Source: Planctomycetota bacterium
Lineage (GTDB): Bacteria; Planctomycetota; UBA1135; UBA2386
Direction of reading: 5' to 3'
Length of the DNA: 64,000 bases
NCBI GenBank assembly: GCA_046290465.1
Contig: JBKAGP010000001.1
Span: forward strand, 2,752,001-2,816,000
Position numbers and translations under genes: made by a program. How positions within the stretch are numbered: position 1 is the stretch's first letter; each line of letters begins with the position of its first letter. Shown one piece after another: positions 27,779 to 36,350 of this stretch. The notes under the pieces were generated by a model that worked only from the letters and a program-made list of their open reading frames with translations, was not told the origin of the DNA and searched no databases.

Positions 27779-28168
27779 TCAGGAGTCGGTGCCGCGATCT
27801 TCGGTGCCGCGGTCGGCGCTGCCGGGGCCGATCGCGCGCGGGATGCGCACGATCGAGTGGGACGAACCCTGCAGGGCGCGCACCAGCGAATGGCACGCGA
27901 CCTCCGGCATCGCCGGATCCCCGCAGGTGAACACGTCGACCGCCGCGAACCCGAGTTCGGGCCAGGTATGGATCGAGATGTGCGACTGGGCGAGCAGCCC
28001 GACCGCGGTCACGCCGACGGGCTCGAACGAATGCGACACTTCGCCGAGCCAGGTCGCACCCGCGGCAGCCGCCGCGGCCCGCAAGGCCGCCAGCACGGCG
28101 GCTTCGTCGTCGAGCACGTCCCGCGGACAGCCGTTGAGTTCGAGCAGCAGATGCAGACCGGCAGCCAT
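27779..28168 (-). CDS. speD: S-adenosylmethionine decarboxylase proenzyme (class 1b)
   Basis: G.HLLLEL.GC, HSFEPVGVT, LLAQSHISIHTWPE and AAVDVFTCG motifs. Confidence 0.88.
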   Translation of the reverse strand: MAAGLHLLLELNGCPRDVLDDEAAVLAALRAAAAAAGATWLGEVSHSFEPVGVTAVGLLAQSHISIHTWPELGFAAVDVFTCGDPAMPEVACHSLVRALQGSSHSIVRIPRAIGPGSADRGTEDRGTDS

Positions 28169-28214
28169 CGCGTGCAACCTTAGCCGAGCCGGCCGCGGAT
28201 TCCTCGCCGCGCCG

Positions 28215-28301
28215 CTAGTGGGCAAAGCCCCGTCCGCACGCGTAGGCGCCGCTTCCGCGATCACGGTTGGCAGCGCGTCCACTACATGGACGCGCTCCTA
28301 G
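28215..28301 (+). repeat. Single copy of the 83-bp CTAG-bounded REP/BIME-like element
   Basis: CTAG-TGGGCAAAGCCC...AGCGCGTCCA-CTACA-TGGACGCGCT-C-CTAG; near-identical to the array units at 47715 and 57455. Confidence 0.92.
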
Positions 28302-28870
28302 CCCTTGGCGCGACCGAGGTAGTCGCCGGTGCGCGTGTCGATGTTGACGACCAGGCCCTGCTCGACGTTCTCGGGCACCTGCACCACGTAGCCGGTCTCG
28401 AGCGTCGCCGGCTTGCTGCGCGAGGTCGCCGAGTTGCCCTTCACCGCGGGCATCGTCTCGGTGATCGCGAGCGCGACCGTCGCCGGCAGCTCCAGCGCGA
28501 TCGGGGTGCCGTTGTAGTAGAGCGCGCGCACGTCCTCGAGGCCGTCCTTGAGGAACTTGCGCTCCCACTCCAGGTCCTCGTGCGACAGCGCGAACTGCTC
28601 GAACGACTCACTGTCCATGAAGTGGCACATGCCCGGCTCATCGTAGAGGTACTGGACCGGCCGCTTCTCGACGTCGGCCGCCGGCACCATCTCGCCGGCA
28701 CGCCACGACTTCTCGACCCGCTGGCCGGTCTTCAGGTTGCGGCAGCGGATGTGGTAGGTCGTCGTGCCGCCACGCGCGCCGCCCGAGGCGGCCTGCGTGT
28801 TCTCGACGATGTGCGGGGCATCGTCGACGTCGATGATGACGCCCTTCTTGAGTTCGTTGCTGGAGTACAT
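28298..28870 (-). CDS. Elongation factor P-like protein (EfpL/YeiP-type)
   Basis: EF-P fold motifs (QYLY.E...HFMD.E.FEQ, KPATLETG.VVQVP, IDTRTG.YLGRA); tip loop GGARGGTT rather than KPGKG. Confidence 0.85.
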   Translation of the reverse strand: MYSSNELKKGVIIDVDDAPHIVENTQAASGGARGGTTTYHIRCRNLKTGQRVEKSWRAGEMVPAADVEKRPVQYLYDEPGMCHFMDSESFEQFALSHEDLEWERKFLKDGLEDVRALYYNGTPIALELPATVALAITETMPAVKGNSATSRSKPATLETGYVVQVPENVEQGLVVNIDTRTGDYLGRAKG

Positions 28871-28965
28871 CGGCGGGAACGGTAGCGCCGCGGGCCGGCG
28901 CGAACCAGCGTCGCGGGGCCGACGGCCCGCCGATACCGCTACGCCGAACGTGCGGCCGCCCGCGG

Positions 28966-30039
28966 CTACCGCTTCTTGCCCAGCAGCTCCACCATCGCCT
29001 CCCCCATCGCGAGGCCGACGTTCATGTAGGTCTTGGCGTTCCCGCCGTAGTGGGCGTTGGAGCTCGACCCCATGCTCAGCGGATGGGTGTAGACGGTGGC
29101 GACGGCGCCCTTCAGCTTGCGGTTCTTGCCGGCGTCGCTGAGCGCGAACATGCCCTCGAGGATCTCCTTCTCGTTGCCCTTGGCGCGCCCCTTCTCGGTC
29201 TGGCCGAGCGTCGCACAGACGAACCTGGCCTTCGGCGCGTCGAACTCCTCGCGCAGCGCCGCGACGAGCCGCACCAGGTTCTCGCCGTACTTGCTGGCGA
29301 GCCCGGCGTCGTAGCGATCCTTGTCGCCCTGCCACCACAGGAAGCCGGCGATCTCGTACTTCTTGGCGCCCGGATCGTACTTGTCGAGGTCCTTCAGCAC
29401 CGCCTTCGCACGCGCGACGTCGCCCGCGAACTGGCAGCCGGCCGTCCAGCCGATCGGTTCGGGCTCGGTGCCCTTCTCCCACCGCATCGGGCTCTGCCCG
29501 TAGCCGGCGTAGACGTAGGTCTTGCCGTCCTTCGGATCGGTGAACTCGTACGACTCCGACCCCGGCGGCAGCAGGTCCCAGCCGAGACTGCGGTTGCCGA
29601 TCGAGCTCTTGAGGATCAGCACCGGCGCGTCGATCGCGTTGCCGAGCTGGTGGCCGATGCCCTGCTCGATGCCGATCTTGTTGCCCGAGATCGTCAGCCA
29701 GTCGTTGCGCTTGACGCGCGACTTGCCGGGCCCGCCACTGCCCATCACGTGCACGTTGCGCACGTCCTGCCGCCGGGTCCACGCACCGCTGTCGTCGATC
29801 AGAAACGGGTAGAGGCCCTCCTCCTTGACCGCGTGCTCGAGCGACCCTTCGCCGCCGCGCACCTTGCCCATCTCCAGCGTGTTGGACTGGCCCATGACCA
29901 CGAACACCTGCACCGGCTTGCGCATCTTGGCCGGCTTGCCGTCCGGATCGGGCAGGTCGGACTTCTGCGCCAGCAGCGACGGCGACGCGGCGAGCACCGC
30001 CAGCGCGGTGAGGAACGGAACGAAACGGCTGCAGTTCAT
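28966..30039 (-). CDS. Secreted sialate O-acetylesterase (SASA/SGNH-type) domain protein
   Basis: Signal peptide; VFVVMGQSN, GF.WWQG..D and HY.GNA motifs. Confidence 0.82.
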   Translation of the reverse strand: MNCSRFVPFLTALAVLAASPSLLAQKSDLPDPDGKPAKMRKPVQVFVVMGQSNTLEMGKVRGGEGSLEHAVKEEGLYPFLIDDSGAWTRRQDVRNVHVMGSGGPGKSRVKRNDWLTISGNKIGIEQGIGHQLGNAIDAPVLILKSSIGNRSLGWDLLPPGSESYEFTDPKDGKTYVYAGYGQSPMRWEKGTEPEPIGWTAGCQFAGDVARAKAVLKDLDKYDPGAKKYEIAGFLWWQGDKDRYDAGLASKYGENLVRLVAALREEFDAPKARFVCATLGQTEKGRAKGNEKEILEGMFALSDAGKNRKLKGAVATVYTHPLSMGSSSNAHYGGNAKTYMNVGLAMGEAMVELLGKKR

Positions 30040-30096
30040 GGAGGGCTCCTGCGGGTTCGAGACGGGGGTGCAGATGCTACCCGCAGCCCGCGCCCG

Positions 30097-32004
30097 TTAG
30101 TCGTCCTCGGTCAACCAGCGCACCTCGACGTGGCCGTCGAGCCTGCGAACCTCGAACCTGCCGGCGCTGCCGCGAACGGCGACGCCGCGATCGAGGTGGG
30201 CCGCCGGCTCGACCGAGCGGACGCCGCCGGCGATGCCGACATCGACCTGCAGGTCGCCGGATCCCTGCGCGACCAGCTGCACCTGCAGCACCACCGGCAC
30301 CCCGTCGCGGCCGATCGCGACGAAGCGACGAACCTGCTGCGCCCCCTGTGCCGCGACCTCGCGGTGGTCGACGACCGGCAGGTAGGGCAGCCGCCGCCAC
30401 TGCCCGTCCAGCAGCGGCAAGCCGGCCCGCGCGAACGCGTCGGCGTCCGGAGGCTCGCTGACTCGGGGCAATTGGAGGTCGATCGCCGCCGCGGCAGAAA
30501 CCACCTGCTCACGCATCGACGAGCGATCGCCGGCCCCCGACCGCGCCGCGTCGACCAGCCACGCGGCGACGGGCAGCAGCGCGACGCCGGCCGGCGACTC
30601 GCCGCGTTCGCGGTCGAGCCGCGCCACGTTGAGCAGGTTGGCGACTCCGGCGTCGCCGCCGAGGACCTGCGTGCGCCATTCGCGGTAGCGCGCTTCGGGC
30701 ACGTGCGGGCCGAGCAGGCGCAGCAGGTAGTCGTCGTCGCCGGAGTCCAGCAGCGACGCGGCCAGCTCGCGCAGGCGCGGTCCTCCGAGGCGTTCGTGGT
30801 AGGCCACCACGTAGGTGGTCGGCAGCGGTGCCTCCGGACCGAACTCCAGCTCCCGGTCGCGCGAGGGTCGCACCCGCACGTACTGGTGGCGACCGTCGAC
30901 GTCGCGTTCGGCGGTCAGCTGCCACCACCGGTTGGCGTCGGTCGCCTGCACCTCGTCCCAGCCGGCCTGCCGCAACCCCGCGGCCAGCGCCTGCACCGCC
31001 GCCGCCGGGTCGTCCCCGAACGCGACCTTCCAGGTCGCCTGCGCGTCGCGCAGGAAGCCCGCACCGCGCAGCAGCGCCTGCGGCTGGTAGGGCGCCAGCA
31101 GCGCTGCCAGCTCGGGCTCGCGCCAGCTTCCCTGCGCCGCCGCCGCGCGCGGCGCGATCCGGCCGCCGTGATAGGGATCACCGAGCTGCTGCGCGATCCT
31201 GGCGCCGACGTCGCCGAGGTGCGCGACCACGTGGTCGTAGCAGGCCGTTCCCCAGACGGGGCCGAAGCGCGTCGACGCGACGTTCCAGCTGCCCTCGAGC
31301 GACGCCCCACCGGTGTCGACGAAGCGGTCGTACTCGGATGCCCAGGTGTCCTCCGAGAACGGCCGCCAGCCGGTGCCGACCTGCACCCGGCCGCTCCAGT
31401 ACGAGGCCGCGACCAGGTCCAGCGCGAACACGTCGTGCACCGACACCGACACGACCAGGTCGGCCGGCGCCGCCGGCAGTTCGTCCGCCGACTGCACGAA
31501 GCGTACCTCGGGTACTCCGGCCGCTTCGAGGCTGCGCGCGATCTGGTCGACGACGGCCGCCGACACCGGATGCCCGTCGCCGACGACCAGCGCATCGCGC
31601 ACGACCCAACCCGCGCCCCACATCCTGCTCGTACCGACGCTGCTGTGGGCGCTGCCGAAGTCGACCGCCAGCTTCATCTCGGCGGGGATCAGCGCGAACG
31701 GGCGCGCCCGTTCGGTCGGCACCATGCCACTCGACGGCACCACCAGCGGCAGGAAGCGCACCGCGACGACGAATGCGCAGGCCGCGTAGACGACCCACTT
31801 GCGCCACGATGCGCCGCGCGCCACGCCGAGCACGACGAAGACCAGGTAGGCGCCGAAGATCAACGGATCGAACGTGACCAGCGCCAGCACCCACAGCGGC
31901 TTGGGCACTCCGGCGACCTTGGTCCCGCGACCCCGGATCGCGTGGAGGATCAGGGTTAAGAACAGCGCCAGCAGCACGGCGGTGGCGAGGACGAGCATGG
32001 TCAT
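30097..32004 (-). CDS. Hypothetical protein with N-terminal membrane segments
   Basis: 635-aa ORF with about 3 N-terminal TMs; no recognised motif. Confidence 0.6.
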   Translation of the reverse strand: MTMLVLATAVLLALFLTLILHAIRGRGTKVAGVPKPLWVLALVTFDPLIFGAYLVFVVLGVARGASWRKWVVYAACAFVVAVRFLPLVVPSSGMVPTERARPFALIPAEMKLAVDFGSAHSSVGTSRMWGAGWVVRDALVVGDGHPVSAAVVDQIARSLEAAGVPEVRFVQSADELPAAPADLVVSVSVHDVFALDLVAASYWSGRVQVGTGWRPFSEDTWASEYDRFVDTGGASLEGSWNVASTRFGPVWGTACYDHVVAHLGDVGARIAQQLGDPYHGGRIAPRAAAAQGSWREPELAALLAPYQPQALLRGAGFLRDAQATWKVAFGDDPAAAVQALAAGLRQAGWDEVQATDANRWWQLTAERDVDGRHQYVRVRPSRDRELEFGPEAPLPTTYVVAYHERLGGPRLRELAASLLDSGDDDYLLRLLGPHVPEARYREWRTQVLGGDAGVANLLNVARLDRERGESPAGVALLPVAAWLVDAARSGAGDRSSMREQVVSAAAAIDLQLPRVSEPPDADAFARAGLPLLDGQWRRLPYLPVVDHREVAAQGAQQVRRFVAIGRDGVPVVLQVQLVAQGSGDLQVDVGIAGGVRSVEPAAHLDRGVAVRGSAGRFEVRRLDGHVEVRWLTEDD

Positions 32005-32062
32005 GCGCCGCAGGCTAACGGGCTGCGCTACGGATATTGCCGACGGACCGGAGGCCGACGCG

Positions 32063-32851
32063 TCAGAGCCCGACCGTCGCGCTGTAGGTCGTCGACAGCG
32101 ACAGGCCGCTGGCCGGACAGGTGCCGAGCGACACCAGATCGGCGCCCTGCATCAAGAACGCGAACCCGACCAGGGACGGATCCGGCGGAATCCAGATCTG
32201 CAGCGAGCCGCCGCTGCCGAGCACCGTCCAGTCGTGGCCGACCGTGCAGCCGCAGAACGACACGCCGAGCGGCGTGACGCCCGCGCCGACCAGCGCGATG
32301 CCGACGCTGTTGACCGCCGTCGCCGTCAGCGGCTGCGAGACGGCGAGGCTGCCGGAGAACTCGAGGCCCAGGCTGCCGCAACCGCCGGCCGCGGTCGGCG
32401 TGAGCGTGCCGATGCCGGCGCCGACGCTGACCGTGAAGGAGCCGGGAGGGCCGTAGTTGCCGACGCGGATGTAGTAGGTGGTGCCGCCGTTGAGCACCGT
32501 GTCGATCCTGGCGCCGACGCCGTTCTGGCCACAGCTGTCGTCGTCCCCGGCGACGTAGGTCAGCTGGCCGCAGCCGCCCGAGTAGATCGCCGCGACGGCG
32601 TCGACGGCCTGGCCCGTGTTGCAGGCCTCGATCTGGAACGTGCCGGTCTGCGCCGGAGTGAACGTGAACCAACGGTCCGCCTGCGGCGGGAACCACGGGT
32701 TCCACGGCTCCGGGGACGCGGTGTAGCCGGCCATCGAGACGACCGTGGGGCCGGCAAGCGGCACGGCGTTGGCGCAGTCGTCGCCGACCTGCGCCGGGGC
32801 TGTGGATGCCAGGGCCAACGTGAACAGGACGGGTGCCAGCGGGTTCTTCAT
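32063..32851 (-). CDS. Secreted protein with a PPC-like beta domain and a lineage-type C-terminal module
   Basis: Signal peptide; GDDCANA, D.WF.FT, DDDSCG and GTTYYIRVG; AGGAGGG-free but GGAGAAGG RBS-like sequence upstream. Confidence 0.75.
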   Translation of the reverse strand: MKNPLAPVLFTLALASTAPAQVGDDCANAVPLAGPTVVSMAGYTASPEPWNPWFPPQADRWFTFTPAQTGTFQIEACNTGQAVDAVAAIYSGGCGQLTYVAGDDDSCGQNGVGARIDTVLNGGTTYYIRVGNYGPPGSFTVSVGAGIGTLTPTAAGGCGSLGLEFSGSLAVSQPLTATAVNSVGIALVGAGVTPLGVSFCGCTVGHDWTVLGSGGSLQIWIPPDPSLVGFAFLMQGADLVSLGTCPASGLSLSTTYSATVGL

Positions 32852-33029
32852 GTTCCTTCTCCGGACGCGTCGCTGCGTGGACCGCACGGTCGGCGCGCTG
32901 CTGGCAGCATAGCAGTCCTGCGGGGCGTGTGGGCCGCGGCGGCGCTCGGACCGCGTCCGGCGGCGCGCGGCGCGGAACCGGGCATCGCGCTGGCGTCGGC
33001 GCTGCCGACCGGGTACCTGTTTCTGCCCA

Positions 33030-34217
33030 ATGTTCGACAACGTCAAGGAACGTCTGCAGCAGGAGCTGAACGACATCCGCGAGGCCGGCCTCTGGAAGGA
33101 GGAACGGATCCTGCAGAGCCCGCAGGGCGCGAGGATCAAGGCCAACGGCAAGGACGTGCTGTGCCTGTGCGCCAACAACTACCTCGGCCTCGCCGACGAC
33201 GACGAGCTGAGCGCAGCCGCCAAGCAGGCGATCGACGACAACGGCCTCGGCATGGCGAGCGTGCGCTTCATCTGCGGCACGCAGGCGCCGCACAAGACGC
33301 TCGAACAGAAGATCAGCACGTTCCTCGGCCTCGAGGACACGATCCTCTACTCGTCGTGCTGGGACGCCAACGGCGGCCTGTTCGAGATCCTGATGGGTCC
33401 CGACGACGCGATCATCAGCGACGCGCTCAACCACGCGTCGATCATCGACGGCATCCGCCTGACGAAGTCGCGCCGCATGCGCTACGCGAACAACGACATG
33501 CAGGAGCTCGAGCAGCACCTGAAGGATTCGCAGGACTGCCGCACGCGCATGATCGTGACCGACGGCGTGTTCTCGATGGACGGCTACATCGCCAACCTGC
33601 CGGCGATCTGCGAGCTGGCCGACAAGTACAAGGCGATGGTCGTCGTCGACGACAGCCACGCGACCGGCTTCTTCGGCCCGACCGGCCGCGGCACGCCGGA
33701 ATACCACGGCGTGCAGGACCGCGTCGACATCGTCAACTCGACGTTCGGCAAGGCGCTCGGCGGCGCGTCGGGCGGCTTCACGTCGGGCCCGAAGGAGGTC
33801 GTCGACCTGCTGCGCAACCGCGCGCGACCGTACCTGTTCTCCAACACGCTGGCCCCGGCGATCGTCGGCGCCACCATCGCGTGCATCGACAAGCTGTCGG
33901 CGACCACCGAGCTGCGCGACAAGCTCGAGGCCAACACCAGGTTCTTCCGCGAGAAGATGACCGCCGCCGGCTTCGACATCGTGCCGGGCGACCACCCGAT
34001 CACGCCGATCATGCTCGGCGACGCCAAGCTCGCCGTCGACATGGCCGCGCGCATGATGGACGAAGGCGTCTACGTGATCGGCTTCAACTACCCGGTCGTG
34101 CCCAAGGGCAAGGCCCGCATCCGCGTGCAGATCAGCGCGGCGCACGAGATCGAACATCTCGAAACCGCCATCGCCGCCTTCACGAAGGTGGGCAAGGACA
34201 TGGGCGTGCTCAAGTGA
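33030..34217 (+). CDS. kbl: Glycine C-acetyltransferase (2-amino-3-ketobutyrate CoA ligase)
   Basis: [45 protein letters not shown] and [10 protein letters not shown] motifs. Confidence 0.97.
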   Translation: MFDNVKERLQQELNDIREAGLWKEERILQSPQGARIKANGKDVLCLCANNYLGLADDDELSAAAKQAIDDNGLGMASVRFICGTQAPHKTLEQKISTFLGLEDTILYSSCWDANGGLFEILMGPDDAIISDALNHASIIDGIRLTKSRRMRYANNDMQELEQHLKDSQDCRTRMIVTDGVFSMDGYIANLPAICELADKYKAMVVVDDSHATGFFGPTGRGTPEYHGVQDRVDIVNSTFGKALGGASGGFTSGPKEVVDLLRNRARPYLFSNTLAPAIVGATIACIDKLSATTELRDKLEANTRFFREKMTAAGFDIVPGDHPITPIMLGDAKLAVDMAARMMDEGVYVIGFNYPVVPKGKARIRVQISAAHEIEHLETAIAAFTKVGKDMGVLK

Positions 34218-35116
34218 GGACCGATCTCGACAAGCTGCGGCAGAGCGGCAGGATCAGCGCGACCGCACTGGCCCACGGCCGCGCCATGCTGACGCCGGGC
34301 GCCAGGATCGTCGACGTGCAGGACGCGGTCGAGGCCAAGATCCGTGAGATGGGCGGCGAGCCAGCGTTCCCGGCGCAGGTGTCGCGCAACAACATCGCGG
34401 CGCACTACTGCTCGCCGCCCGGGGACCCGACCGAGGTCCAGGCCGGCGACATCATCAAGCTCGACTGCGGCACGCACGTCGACGGCTGGGTCACCGACAA
34501 CGCGACCACCGTCGACCTGCGCGACGGCGACGACTCGCTGCTGTGCTCGGCCAGCAGGATGGCGCTCGAGAACGCGATCGCGCTGATGGGCCCCGGCGTG
34601 TCGCTGACCGAGATCGGCCGTACCGTCGAGGCGACGATCACCCAGCTCGGCTTCCAGCCGGTGCGCAACCTGTGCGGCCACGGCGTCGCGCGCTACACGA
34701 TCCACTGCGCGCCGTCGGTGCCCAACTACGACGACCCCAAGGCCGCGCGGCTGCGCGCCGGCCAGACGATCGCGTGCGAGCCGTTCGCCTGCGACGGCAA
34801 GGGCTACATCGACGTCGAGGGCAAGTCCGAGGTGTTCATGCTGCGAAAGCCGGTCAAGCAGAAGGACAACCTGCCGAAGGACGTCTTCGCGGCGATGGAG
34901 GCGACCGAGCGCCTGCCGTTCGCGCGGCGTGACCTGGTGCGCCTGCTCGGTGACGAGAAGCGCTGTGAGGAAGCGCTGAAGATCCTGTCGAAGAAGAAGC
35001 TGATCGACGACTACCCGCCGCTGGTCGAACGTGCGGGCGTGCGGGTCGCGCAGTTCGAGCACACCATCTTCATCGGAGAAGACGGTCCCGAGGTGATGAC
35101 TCGCCTGCCGGACTGA
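34214..35116 (+). CDS. map: Methionine aminopeptidase, type II (archaeal/eukaryote-like)
   Basis: [29 protein letters not shown], helical insertion with LPFARR, and YPPLVE..VAQFEHT. Confidence 0.88.
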   Translation: MRTDLDKLRQSGRISATALAHGRAMLTPGARIVDVQDAVEAKIREMGGEPAFPAQVSRNNIAAHYCSPPGDPTEVQAGDIIKLDCGTHVDGWVTDNATTVDLRDGDDSLLCSASRMALENAIALMGPGVSLTEIGRTVEATITQLGFQPVRNLCGHGVARYTIHCAPSVPNYDDPKAARLRAGQTIACEPFACDGKGYIDVEGKSEVFMLRKPVKQKDNLPKDVFAAMEATERLPFARRDLVRLLGDEKRCEEALKILSKKKLIDDYPPLVERAGVRVAQFEHTIFIGEDGPEVMTRLPD

Positions 35117-35133
35117 GTAACGTCTCTGCGACC

Positions 35134-36288
35134 ATGCGCATCGGCATCGACGCACGCGAGGGCTTCCGCCCCCATCCTCGCGGCATCGGGCTCTACGTCC
35201 GCCACCTCGCCCGCGAGTTCGCCACGCTCGCGCCGGACGACGAGTTCCGGCTCTACCACCAGCTCGTCCTGCCCGACGACGCGGAGAACCCGTTCGTGCT
35301 CGGCGCCAACCAGCGCGCGGTGCACACCGACATGCCGGGCGGACGCTACCACTTGTGGGAACGGCTGCAGATGCCGTGGCGCATGCGCCGCGACCGGCTC
35401 GACGTCTACCACGGCACCTACAACACGCTGCCGCCGCGCTGGCCGCTGTGGCAGGGCCCGCCGATGGTCTGCACGATCCACGACCTGATCGTGACCTGGT
35501 ACGACGACGACCTGCACGACCCCTACATCCAATATGCGCGCAAGGTGACCGAGCGCGTCGTGCGCGACGCGACGCTGATCCTGACGGTCAGCGAATGGAG
35601 CCGCCGCGACATCTGCGAACGGCACCAGTGCGACCCCGGCAAGGTGCGGCTGTCGCGCAACGGCCTGCCGCCGGCCGTGCTCGCCGGCGCGCCCGACGGC
35701 GCCAGCGACCGCGCGCGCGAGCAGTTCGCCGAAGGGCGCCGCTACTGGTTCGCGATCGGCGCCGGGCTCGAGCGCAAGAACACCGGCCGCATGATCGAGG
35801 CGTTCGCGCTGGCGCGGGAGCGGCGCCGGGACCTGCCGTACTTGCTGCTGGTCTCGGGGCTCGGCAAGGCGGTCGACCGCTTCCGCGAACGCGCCGCCAA
35901 GGCCGGCGTGCTCGAGCACGTGCGCTTCCTGCCCTACCTGTCGCAGCAGGACCTGATCGCCGTCTACGCGGGCGCCGACCTGTGCGTCTACCCGAGCCTG
36001 GTCGAGGGCTGGGGCATCCCGGTCACCGAGGCGCTGGCGCTCGGCAGCCCGGTGCTGACCAGCAACACGTCGGCGATGCCCGAGGCCGGCGGCGAGCACG
36101 CCCGCTACTTCGACCCGCACGACGTCGACTCAATGGCAACCGCGATGGTCGAGGCCGTCGACGACTACCTGCCGCAGTGGCACGGCATCCGCGAGCAGGC
36201 GGTCGCCCACGCGCGCCGGCTGACGTGGCCGAAGTGCGCCGAGGGCGTGCTGGCGGCCTACCGCGAGGCCGCGGCGCGCGGCCGTTAG
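35134..36288 (+). CDS. Glycosyltransferase family 4
   Basis: MRIGIDAR, TIHDL, TVSE, RKN and YPSLVEGWGIP..EA motifs. Confidence 0.93.
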   Translation: MRIGIDAREGFRPHPRGIGLYVRHLAREFATLAPDDEFRLYHQLVLPDDAENPFVLGANQRAVHTDMPGGRYHLWERLQMPWRMRRDRLDVYHGTYNTLPPRWPLWQGPPMVCTIHDLIVTWYDDDLHDPYIQYARKVTERVVRDATLILTVSEWSRRDICERHQCDPGKVRLSRNGLPPAVLAGAPDGASDRAREQFAEGRRYWFAIGAGLERKNTGRMIEAFALARERRRDLPYLLLVSGLGKAVDRFRERAAKAGVLEHVRFLPYLSQQDLIAVYAGADLCVYPSLVEGWGIPVTEALALGSPVLTSNTSAMPEAGGEHARYFDPHDVDSMATAMVEAVDDYLPQWHGIREQAVAHARRLTWPKCAEGVLAAYREAAARGR

Positions 36289-36309
36289 CCGCGGCGGCCA
36301 CCAGCTGCC

Positions 36310-36341
36310 GCGCGAAGCCCGCCTGACGACGGGCTTCGCGC
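36310..36341. terminator. Hairpin between convergent genes (likely bidirectional terminator)
   Basis: GCGCGAAGCCCG-N8-CGGGCTTCGCGC, a 12-bp stem; no U-tract. Confidence 0.55.
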
Positions 36342-36350
36342 CGCGGGCGA

